Assembly (NCBI RefSeq): GCF_000315625.1
Contig: NW_005434663.1
Coordinates: 463,882-527,881, forward strand
DNA: 64,000 bases
Source: Guillardia theta CCMP2712
Taxonomy: Eukaryota; Protista; Cryptophyta
Direction: 5' to 3'
Below the pieces are notes generated by a model, which did no database searches, had not been told where the DNA came from, and saw nothing but the letters and a program-made list of their open reading frames with translations. A program made the translations under genes and the position numbers. Positions 1 to 10,609 of the stretch are shown here, one piece after another. How positions within the stretch are numbered: the first letter of the stretch is position 1; every line of letters begins with the position of its first letter.

Positions 1-649
1 CCTACGACGAGACGTTTGAGGAGTTTTGGAAGCTCCTGGATGATGGCAGACAGGGATGGGTGGATTACGGCTTCATGCTGGAGTTCATGAAGGTGAGTTC
101 GGAAATTCTGACATGTCAACTCTCTTTCACTGAGAATCCTTTGCTTGCAGCTGGAGTCTTTCAGGAAGAGACGTGAAAACGTGAATTATCCGTTCGACGT
201 GAACGACAACACCAGCAGTTTCCGACAGATCCACTCTCCGCGATGGAGGAAGCGGCTGGAACGGTACAACAGGGACGAGCAGAGGATTCAGATCGAGGGG
301 AGGGCGCAAACAAACAGCGGGGAGAGCATCTGGCGGCTGCACCACTCTCGAGTTCAGAAGCAGGATGACGTCATCAACTCTCTCCCATCCTTTGACAATA
401 GGCAAGAATCTTCCGCTCCCTGCCGCGCTTCCAAACCTCTTCCCCTTCCTAGTTGCCTGCTTTTCCGTTCCTTTCTCCCCTGTTAACTTTGCGCAGGGTG
501 AGCATCCCGAGCGTGAAAGCGCGCTTCGAGTGGAGGATGTGAGTTGAGATTGTCAACTTGTTGTTCATGATGTTTTGCTCAGGAGAAACGATATGATGGT
601 GGAACGTGATGCGTTCTCGACAGCAAACCTCAAGTCAAGGAAACAGTGA
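1..649 (+). CDS. 3' part of a multi-exon hypothetical protein (first visible exon weakly EF-hand-like)
   Basis: Introns 94-150 (GT-AG), 402-496 (GC-AG, donor GCAAG) and 540-582 join one frame (…FEEFWKLLDDGRQGWVDYGFMLEF…MMVERDAFSTANLKSRKQ*). Gene starts before the window. Confidence 0.5.
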
Positions 650-1009
650 AAGCTGCCTTCGACTGTCTGCCTGTCGTCTCTGCGATTCCTATCTTTACAT
701 CTCTGTCTTTTTTTCTCGATCTCTCTGCCTGCTGCCTGTCTCCCCAACATCTGCCGTGTTTTCGTTATTTGATGATTGTTTTACGCTCACGTGCTTAGCT
801 GCATTTATCACGTCTTTACATTTATCACGTCTTCTGTCCGCTGGAGAATGTTGGCTGATCTTCAAATTTTGTTGTATATATGAATGTAATGTTTCTGATT
901 CTTAGATGTATTTTCCTTTTGAATTCTCAATGAAATAAATAACATTGCGAGACAACGGAGGCACAATGGTGCCGTGGAGAGATCCAAACAACGCCTATGT
1001 AGCATTACT

Positions 1010-1652
1010 TTACATTCTTCTCCTGCTCTCTGGACTATTATTCTGTGATTTTCTTTTTGCTGCTGAGGAGATGACGAAACCTGCAGGAATCTTCACACTT
1101 GTTCGCAACCATCCGCTTGTACCTCGCATAATCCCTCTTCATGTTGATGTACGCAGCAGAAGCTGCGGCTGCGCTCTGTCACAGTTCAGGCTATTAGATG
1201 ACAAATGAGTTTTCAGACTCAAGTCTTACCTCTACAGCTCTGACAAAACCTTTCTGTGATACTCTCAAGCTGCTTGGCACCAGGACCCCAAACCATTTGA
1301 TAGGATCCACAAAGACAGGGTCTTCGTCCTCCGTCTGCTCAGGAATGGATTCTATTGCCTCGACAAAGATTCTTTTCCCATCACAAAATTGATCATTATC
1401 ACTGTTTGCTAGTATGCCCTCTCCTTCATTCTCATCCTTGACGACGACTTTCCTAGAAGCTTTCATTCGGCTGGGGTACTGGAGTTGCGACACAGCACAT
1501 CCTTTGAACCCCATGCTCTTTCTCGCTCTTGCAAGTTCCAACATCCCAGCCTTACACGCAGCAACCACCTCTGCCATGCTCGTCTGATACTCATCCACAT
1601 CCTTGAGGTAAGCCATCAGCGCCTCGTCCACTGCTTCGCCAACCCCCGCCAT
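1010..1652 (-). CDS. CCDC115: V-ATPase assembly factor CCDC115/Vma22-like
   Basis: Motifs GMLELARARKSMG and DPIKWFGVLVPSSLRVSQKGF. Intron 1176-1229 (GTAAG…ACAG) leads to a terminal exon ending in TAA at 1010. Confidence 0.8.
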
Positions 1653-2146
1653 GGTGCGCTATCTATATTATATGGAGTCACCAGCTCGCTCCAGGATACA
1701 GATATCAAAATGAAGAAGGGCAGCAATAAATTGCTCCGGCCTTTTATGAGTCAAATATACAGTCGTACACTGCCAGGCTGATTGACTCACGCGGCCCGCC
1801 GGTCCGGTCGGCGGCGGCGCGGCCGGGCGCCACGCCACGCGCGGGCCGGCAGCCGGCAACCGTTGAGCTCAGGCTGAGCTGACCGGCGGTGACTCAAGTC
1901 TGCCGAACTTCGGACGGACGGTCGAGCCTCCTTGACTCTGTGACCGGTCGATCGATCGGGGTGACTCGCCTCTGATCCTGGCATGACGAACTCAGTGATG
2001 CGCCGCGGCGGCGGCCGGCGGGCTACCGCTCATGTGCAGCCACTCGTCCCACGTCCAACAACCCGGCTTCCTAACTCACGAGCCCATTCATCATGTCAGA
2101 ATGACTGCATCTTTACTCGCCTCGTTATCGCTGTGTTTGCTGCGAC

Positions 2147-2886
2147 CTAACATTTCGACTTTGATTTCTTTGCGATTTGCACTTTCATGGCCTCCCACTC
2201 TTCATCACTCAGAGGAGCTTCGCGGAGCTTCAGGGGCTCAGCCTGCAGCACACGAATGTTTCTTGGCCGACGGTCCATGAGCAAGAGCTTGCGAATAATT
2301 TTCGCCTGCGTAGGGTTGAGGTACCTTCGCTGCCTCAGCTTTGCTCTCTTTCTTGAGCTCATACTGTAGTTGAGATGTTGTTTGCCACTGGGCATGTAAC
2401 CAACTTTTCCCATCCTAGTGACAATGAATCTCTTCTTCGCTCCTTTGTGTGTCTTGAGCTTTTTGCCTCCTGGTTTGCCCAGACCAGGCTTGGTCTTCCA
2501 CCACTTGGGGTTTTTGGTAGCACGAGACCAACGAACTTGGAATCCGTTCTGGAGGAAAAAATGAACAAAGAAAGATGATAGAGAAGGCATGTAGCATTCA
2601 CCTGAAGATGAATTGAGATCGGTAGGAGCATTGAACGAGCAGTCATCCCCACAAGCGACATGCATAGATTTGAAGCTACAGACATCGCGTTCAGGCACTG
2701 CACATTGTTCAGTCTGATAGCAGGCAATGATGGGAAGGAGCCCAACAAAGGGCGTGACAACGATGGATCATTTGGTGCTCGCAATCCAAGGTTAGAAGGC
2801 GGGAGCAACGTTCTGGAAAGGACGGCGGGAAGTCTGCCAGCCGTCCAGTGCGATCTTGCCAGGGACCAAAAGCGAAAAGACCGCAT
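2147..2886 (-). CDS. MRPL35: Ribosomal protein bL35, probably mitochondrial
   Basis: bL35 signature KLKTHKGAKKRF…GKQHLN…RKRAKLR. 53-nt intron 2549-2601 joins an Arg/Ser/Leu-rich presequence exon in frame. Confidence 0.85.
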
Positions 2887-3469
2887 ACAATATTGAAAAG
2901 ATCAACCCCCTGATAAAAGCATGTCAGGACATTCGGAAGATGGAAGAATTTCACAAACTTCATCAATCAGCTCAATTCTTGAACAAGCACTGGATTTGAT
3001 TTACACTTTCTCAAGCACTATAGGATCAGAGGCTAATCCTGCCTGTGGACTTGGTCCAGTTTAACATGTTTCTAGTATCTGAGCACCTGACCTTACAGCA
3101 TCTTTGTCTTGCAATCTAATGTTTCTTTGCTCCCCCCACCCAGCATTCTTATGCGATCCTCTCACGCCTGCTGACTACCCCACCCCATATCAGAGCCAAA
3201 CTGGTGTTATAGTACCCTATTTTAGTCATTCAAACCATGTAAATGAACCCCTTCTTGAATCACCCTACCCTCACCCCCCCCCGTCGAGATTCAATTGCAA
3301 ATAGAGATAGCCCACTATCGCTGATGAAGAGTCTGTCAGACGAACTGTCGACATCGCGCAGCTGAAGTGAACAATGCGGGAGTCAGGGATGAACGAGTGA
3401 TAGAGGTGGCGTTTCTTCAGACGCACAGATATAAAGCTCTTACTGATTGGTCATGATTTTAACTAGCTT

Positions 3470-4842
3470 TCAATCTCTGTTGAATCCGCCACTCCTCACC
3501 CTCAGGCTCGATAAACTAGAAGCCCGTGAAGTCGATCGAGTTCGGTCTGTTCCGCCGTGACTGGCACTCTGCGCGGTCTGCGGTTTTGATTTCCTGCTAT
3601 CTAATGCAGACAAGTCGAGACGGCTTGGAATGGTTGAAGTTCTTTGATTGCCCGCGTTGGTCGATTCAACACTTTGGAAACTGTTATTCCAATGTGGCTC
3701 AGGCGTCCGTGCTGTTTCATTCCTTAGGGACTCGTGAAATTCCCATAGAGATTTTCTTGCTTTGGTTTGCGGAAACGGAGGATGCCCCACGGTGTCGTAA
3801 TCTGCAAGGTTGACTATATCATACCCCCTCGCCACTGTCTTGGCATATCTTTCATGTGCGATCCTTGCAAGCTTGCGGTCTAGAAACAATTGGTTTTTCT
3901 GAATCGATTTTTCCTGCAAGCACAAACTGATGTTAAAAAACAGGAACAAGACAGAGCATGACTCACCCTAAGAGACTTCTCTTTTTCTATCTTCCCTGCC
4001 CGAGCGTGGAGGATGGAATTGTCAGCATCAATTATCTGTTGGAGTCGCACAGGATCTCTTACAACACCAGTGCAGATGTCATACATCAAACTTTCACTTG
4101 CAGCCAGAGTAGGAGGGAGTTTGTTGATTGCACTCGATCCTTGATTCAAATGTTTATCCTTCATGTGCTCTTGGAAGGCAGCTTCTTTATCCTTGTCGTA
4201 AAATGAACACGTAACTGCATCGAAGTTTCTTGTTTCCCAATACTTCTGCACAATTTCTTCTCTATTACGGTCCATTTCCCACTTTGCTCTCTCTTCATGA
4301 TTTTTGGTGTATTGGTTTGTCAAAATATCGTATTCGCGCGGACGATTGAGCGCAGTTAAGAACTGCTGTTTCTTTTGCGGTGAAGCTGGTCTCGGAGGCC
4401 TCCTGTCAAGCGGTGCCCAGTGATGCTCATGAAATCCTTTGCCACTGATGATATTATAGTCCGTGTGTGTAGCAGTAACCAGTGATGGAGGTTTCAAGAT
4501 TTGCTTGTATACTTTTTCATGTATGTGACCACGTTTGGCTGCTTGCGTGACAATATCGAAATGTTGTTCACGAAAAAGTTGTGTGTCCCAAGCTCTGTTC
4601 AATGTCTTTGCAATGGAGGTCTCTTCCATTCGCTTGACAACTTGTTCGGTTTGATCGTCATTGAATTTCTGTGTGATTGGATTCACCATTGCTTCCTGCC
4701 TTGACATTAAAAACTTTGTGATATACTGCGGTTTGCGCGTCTCTCCTCCTGCTGGATGCTCTCGTTTCTGTTCTTGATACCTTCTGATGCCCTCTGACCA
4801 TGACGGGGCATTCTTTACAACGTCCAAATCAATGTTTCCCAT
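3470..4842 (-). CDS. Uncharacterised protein with repeated Y/F-D/N-I-x-T/S/N motifs (possible ciliary microtubule-associated protein)
   Basis: Two ORFs joined by a 53-nt intron (3914-3966). Motifs FDIVT, YNIIS, YDILTN, YDICT, YDIVN. Function is inference. Confidence 0.6.
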
Positions 4843-5336
4843 GCTGGCCTAGAAAATCAAGATATGAAGTTGTACGGGCAGGTTACTCAATCATTAAATT
4901 GAAGAAACGATTCTACTCTGCAACCATTTCAGAGCCAGGGTGTTGAATTGATCTCTGATTCTACCGTCGGTCAAATCTTTTCAGGCTCATGATGATAACC
5001 ATGATAATTGTCCGACTGACTTTCCTGCTGGTGTGATCAACTGTGAGCAGTGAGCCATACTGAGGCAACCAGGCGTGTGCATGCCAATATGATCTCACTC
5101 TTATTCCGCGTGCAGGCGGCAGGCGTCCCTCGCCGTTGCTACCGTACCCGTTGTGTGCTCCAACGGCAGCTGTGCAGTGCTTAGTGAGGTGCCTACTCCG
5201 AACGGTCCGACACTCAGTGGCCGCAGCAGTCGGTCCGGTCGGCCCGGCCCGCCGGGCGGCCCGGCCGGCGGCACACACGGTACCAGGCCGGGCCGGCGGC
5301 CGCTGTGCGACGGTCAAGCTGAGCCGCTCCTCTAGT

Positions 5337-5381
5337 CTCCTGATTGTCCTCTTACTGATTTTTAACTTAACTTTGAGTAAA
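5337..5381 (+). repeat. Dispersed intergenic motif copy (…AACTTAACTTTGAGTAAA family)
   Basis: CTCCTGATTGTCCTCTTACTGATTTTTAACTTAACTTTGAGTAAA, near-identical to copies at 21427, 39601, 51870 and 52691. Confidence 0.9.
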
Positions 5382-6616
5382 AAGAGTATACTTCGACTCA
5401 GAGGGTGCGTTTACGGCCGTAGCGACTCTCGAGTCTTGCAAACAGTCGAGTCAGCGACTGCTTCTAAACTTTTAGTTAAATTTTGACGAGAACATTCTAG
5501 ACGAAAGGTCATAGATGTGACCGGGTGGTAATCATTGTGCCTTTACAAACCAAAACAGGGCTCTTTCGCTCTAAGGGGTGGATAAAATAAAACGAAAACA
5601 ATTGTTTTCGAAGAAAATCGTTGGTGGAGAGATTTTTCGCTTTCGAATCGATGCAATCTTCGATCATATGAAGATCTCCCTAATATGTTATAAACTTTGT
5701 ATGGTGAGCCCCCAGAGGTTCTGTGACATTCAAATCTACCCCCTTGGGGTATCATGGGGTACTAAGAAGATGACAGTACCGGTCCACAATGTTTCATCCT
5801 CTTCGAGGATCTTCCTACTAGTTTCACGGGTCACTAGTGTTATAAAGCTTCAACCCCCCCTTTTTTGCGGACAGAGTTTTAAAAGAACGGGGGGTCCAGG
5901 GCGAAAAATCTAGGCAGGCACAATCCAGGTTGGCGGAATTTACATGTGAATTTTGTCAAATTGTCTCCTGATATATCGGAATTATGTACATAAGTTTGAT
6001 TCTGAATATGGCTTTCAGCTTTCATGCGTAGCCATTACAGGGTCGAAAACCATGCAGGTTCGGCAAGGGGTAGGGCGCTAATCAGTACCGAAAAGTTTTC
6101 TTTCGGTTGAATCACAAAACTCTTAAAACGATTTAGGAGTCACTGTGTCATCATTTTCGAAATATATCTTATTCGAAATGTACAGAAAGTGAAAGACTAT
6201 CTTTTCGGTATCTGCATAAATCTCCACCGACTCCCTCTTAAACCATCCCTTGCAATCCCCCCCTTCCTCTCAATATACAAGCCCTGTCCTCTCATACAAG
6301 CACTCCCTTCCCCGTACATCACTACAAGAACAGTAGCCTCTTCCTCCCTGCCCCTCAATCAAGCTTCCATACTCGCACTTTGATTACGAATCTGCTTCTC
6401 GGCTTGCGTGCGTAGACAATCTTCCAGACTGTTCCGAATCCTTTGCCAGATTCCGCCTGGTAATCGTTCCCATCCATTGAGCCCTTCGTGACAAGGAATA
6501 GGGCGATTCTATTCAGATACAAATAGCATCTTACGATAAAGCCTGAGGAACTCGGTGTTAATCCATAAAGAGATCCCAGGCCCTTCGAAACGATTTTCGC
6601 ACAAGACATTCAGGAT

Positions 6617-7093
6617 ATGAAAACTCAAATCAACTATGGATCCATGAAGTCAACCAAAGGATTGCATGAAGAGGGCCTGGAAAATGTGGAAGACCTCCTA
6701 AAGGATATTGCTTCTTTACAAGTTGATCACGAGTTCAGCTACTCAAGCTCCTCATCCTACTCAAGTTCAGATGATTCACAAGAATGCCCAAGTTTGCTTG
6801 AGAGGAGACCCAAGAACAGGCATGCAATGAGGACCAAACTGTATTCCTTTCACAACAAGTGGGAGCTCTTGAACAACACTGTAGGACTGAAGAAGAAGCT
6901 GAACAACATTTCATATGATCCTTTCAAGAGCGCATGTGGAAAAACAGCTCGATTCCTGTTGACCGAAAATGGCAGACGGCGAACTATCTTTACACAGAAG
7001 ACCCCGAAGGTTGAGTGCATTCCCATGACACCGGATGAAGGCTGCGATCTTGATTTCCTCGCTCTTCCCATCGAAATTCAGTGTCCATCATAG
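6617..7093 (+). CDS. Hypothetical single-exon protein (158 aa)
   Basis: Uninterrupted ORF with Ser-rich middle and basic C-terminal half, followed by a pyrimidine-rich 3' region. No family recognised. Confidence 0.55.
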   Translation: MKTQINYGSMKSTKGLHEEGLENVEDLLKDIASLQVDHEFSYSSSSSYSSSDDSQECPSLLERRPKNRHAMRTKLYSFHNKWELLNNTVGLKKKLNNISYDPFKSACGKTARFLLTENGRRRTIFTQKTPKVECIPMTPDEGCDLDFLALPIEIQCPS

Positions 7094-7321
7094 TTTGATG
7101 CCTTTAAAACCCTTTCCCTTTCACTCTTCCTTCATACCCTTCCCCTTCCCCTTCCCCTCCCCTTGCGTTCCTGTTCTACACAGATTATATCGATGAAAGA
7201 TGTCAATTTGAAAGGATGATTAACACACGTAATAAAGAATTCGATGAACCAGATGTGATTTGTTCCTCATGCGATTACACAGAGCTGGCTGCTCTTGTTC
7301 TGGATCTCCAGTGGCTTCTTC

Positions 7322-9325
7322 TCAATACTCCCTTTCTTGTTCATCCTTTGCTCCAAACGTAGGAGTTTGACCTGCTCAGCGTAAGTGCTCTGAACCTTGT
7401 CCAAGAGTTCATTGCCAACCATTCTCTTCTGACGGCTTTGTTGTTGTTTCAGTTGTTTGGCAACCTAAATAAAACTTCAATCGAGGTGCATGAGAATCAG
7501 TCATGACCTGATGCCCTAGCAACGTTCCTCGAAGTTCTGGTGGGATTTTGGCATTGATAGTCGTCGTCCCATCTTGCGTGATGCGAGAAACCATGTCCTT
7601 GAGAACTTGCTCTTGACGCTCTCGCTGTAAAATGCTAGCAATCCGACGGTATCTGAACATGATGTGAGTTCAAGAGAAGTTGCAGACCTTGCGTCACCCC
7701 CATTTGTGTGCTGTATCAATGGGAGTCAAGCCATCAACGCTCCTTGCGTCCAGCAAGCTTAACAATCTTCTCTCTATCTTTCCAGCCTCCAACAATCGCT
7801 CTACCTGCACCACGAGCAAATCAGTCTCCCGAGAATTTGCCTCTCCCACATACCAACACGATATGTCCGAAGGTAACAGAAACATGCAATGGAGTATCAT
7901 TCAGCCAGTCCCCACACCCCAGATCTGCTCCAGCTCTGTGCATCCTCATCGCCAGGTCAGCATTCCCTTCCTGTAATAGATCAATGGTATCTCATTCACC
8001 TACAACCTTTCATTCAGCAAATCTTCTGACCTGGCAGTATTGCAAAAGATTCTCGTTCAGAATCTTCTTCTTATGCTTCAAGATCGTCAATCTCATGTCA
8101 TTAAACTGTACAACAAAGTCAAATCGCGTATTGCATGCTCTGTCAGCATCTTACAACGGGGCAAGGTGAAAGCGTCAGTTCGATTGGAGTTTTGTCGCCG
8201 TTATCTGGAATCGTCACATCCGCCCCAGACTTGAGAAGCAGCTCAGCGGTTGACATATATTGCTTTTGTTTGCTCGCCGCCGTGTGACCATTGCAAGTCA
8301 CCCAATGGAGTGCAACGCACCCCATCATCTGTCACGACCATCGTCAGCAGCTGGAACGAACGTGCAGAGAGTTGCTTGCATCTTGCTGATTCACGTCGCA
8401 GTCATACTTCAAGATCTTTTCTACGAGATCATAGCTCCCGCCCCATGCCGCTGCATGTAACACAGGCAAACAAATATATCTGCCACCAAGTGTCATTTCA
8501 ATTACAACCAGGATGTTGTCCTCTGCCAAAGGAGTTTGCCTGGGAAATTTGCTCAAATCTTTCCGTGATTTGATCTGTACGGTGTTTGACAAATTTCAGA
8601 GATCATAGACAATATATCAGGCATCTCACAAAGTTCTTCATCGTCATCATCCATGGCTCACGACCGCAATGATAACATTTTTCATCTTGAGTGAGTTTCT
8701 CGCAGACTGCACACCCCGTGATCTGTTTCATGATTCCATGAGACACATCCCTTGCAGGAACAACTTTTTCACACCATGATCGGTCCCCCCTGATGTTCCA
8801 GTGCAGCAAACTCATACTTCTCTATCATGTCTACAACCGCATTCGAGTTGCCTTGGTACGCTCTCTTCACCATCTCATCCAACTCCTCCATCTGGCATGC
8901 AGGTCAGGGTCTGGATCTCAACATCGACAGGGGAGCCGTGGCTGCTCATCACCTGCTGCAGTTCAGCAGCAATCTTGTGGGCGCGCCTGACTGCGATCCA
9001 CAACCTCCGACGGCGACAACTGTCACAGTCACATACACCATCGATGAGCTGCCTCCTCATCAGCCTCATCCTTTCCGGAGAAGAATCCTCCTGATTGCAT
9101 CACAGATTAAGAAGAATGCTTCTGAGTGCATCGCAGATGAAGAAATTGGATCAAGGAAGAACAAAAGAGCGAGAAACGCGAGGAGATTCTGATCTGGAAA
9201 GGTATACAACAAAGATAACATACCAACTCGAGATCAGCTTGAATCCTGATGACCTCTGGATCATCGTTTGCATTATGTACATCAACAGTGTTTTTAGCGC
9301 GAGGATCGATGTTGGCCATTCTCAC
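7322..9325 (-). CDS. Ankyrin-repeat protein, multi-exon (start uncertain)
   Basis: Ankyrin-like segments LHAAAWGGSYDLVEKILKYDCDVNQQD, ALHWVTCNGH…AELLLKSGADVTIPDN, DARSVDGLTPIDTAHKWG. Confidence 0.7.
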
Positions 9326-9770
9326 ACTAAGAGATTGAACAAGTCACTCGATTTACGGCGAGTCACTGCAGTCAGGGGGAGAACTGCATCAGCTTTGTAG
9401 GTAAGGAAGCGGCTGCCCCGGGGATGATGAGCTTCATTCAGTTGAAACCCTCGGCGTTGAGCATGCGACTTGCAGGACTGACCGAGACTGCTGGCAGTGG
9501 AGAGACGAACGAGAATGAGGTGGTGGAAGTTGATCAGGGCGAAGGGGGCAGAAAGCAAGACCAGGACATGGCAGTCTGAGGCAACCGTTATGCTTCTACT
9601 CATCAAAAAAAGGCAGCAACTGAAGCATAATTACCGCGACTCTGCGTTTTTCTCTAGCTTCAGGATTTGAGTAAACTTTGTTTCAGTGGCTAAAATGCGC
9701 ACAAGGGCGTTGGCGATGGTTGCAGACTTGACGGGCCAGTGAGACTTGGCTCGTCATCACCAGCATCATC

Positions 9771-10496
9771 ATGCACATGACGATACGTCATGTCTGCTTG
9801 CTCGTCTTGAGCTTTTCTGCTCTTTTCTCCGAGGCAGCAACTGGTGGCTTGATTCGAGAACGATACAGAACAGATCGCAGTTGTAGCCTGTCGTCGTTCT
9901 CACAGGCAGATCTTCAGCCCTATGAAGCTTGCTCTGTGCTCCCCTTGAACGGAGAGAACAAGTTCGGTCGCATTTTGATCCAGTTTGGAGAGACTGATTG
10001 CCAGGTATCTTCTTTCTACCCAATAGGTCTGGTGGTAACACGCAAGTCATGCCTTCCAGTTTGAACTTCAGCAATGCCTTCCAAATGTATGCTATGTCTT
10101 GAGGGATTTTTCCGCTCTACTCCCTAAAGACCTGAACCTCACATCTTTGCAAACTCCATCGAACATTCCGGTGCTTTTGCTCTTCATTACGAGCCCTCCT
10201 GATTCCTTTGCAGATCAACACTGGAATCTTTCGAAACATCTCCGTCGAGGTAAAACAGAAATCCTGACAAGAAATTTCTCGCTCATAGCTTGCAGGGAGC
10301 CAACTTCATTCTGTCTGATGAGGGCATTTTCCTTTCCCCATCATCTGATAACATCATCATCCGCTATTCCACCAAGTCGTGTGCGGAATTTTACCAGCAC
10401 CATGGACGAGAATGGCCGCAGGTGAGACATTCTTAGCGAAGTCTAGCAGCTGACTGTCGCTGTATCAGATATGCAGTGAGCCCATGGGGCTGCTGA
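9771..10496 (+). CDS. Small secreted or ER-targeted Cys-containing hypothetical protein, multi-exon
   Basis: Signal peptide MTIRHVCLLVLSFSALFSEA; GT-AG introns; terminal exon …RYAVSPWGC*. Confidence 0.5.
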
Positions 10497-10609
10497 GCAA
10501 CGTCTATCCTTTATATCAAACGCTTGACAGCATAGGATGCCAGGCGAATCTTTAACTTCAGGTTTATTCTATCTACAGATCTTGTCCATGTATACATTTA
10601 AAGTGCTCA

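Noticed and set aside
7267-7320. Possible C-terminal CaaX (…QLCVIA*) for the ankyrin protein
   Set aside because: That frame has an upstream TGA and I found no splice leading into it; the simpler model ends …MNKKGEY* at 7322.
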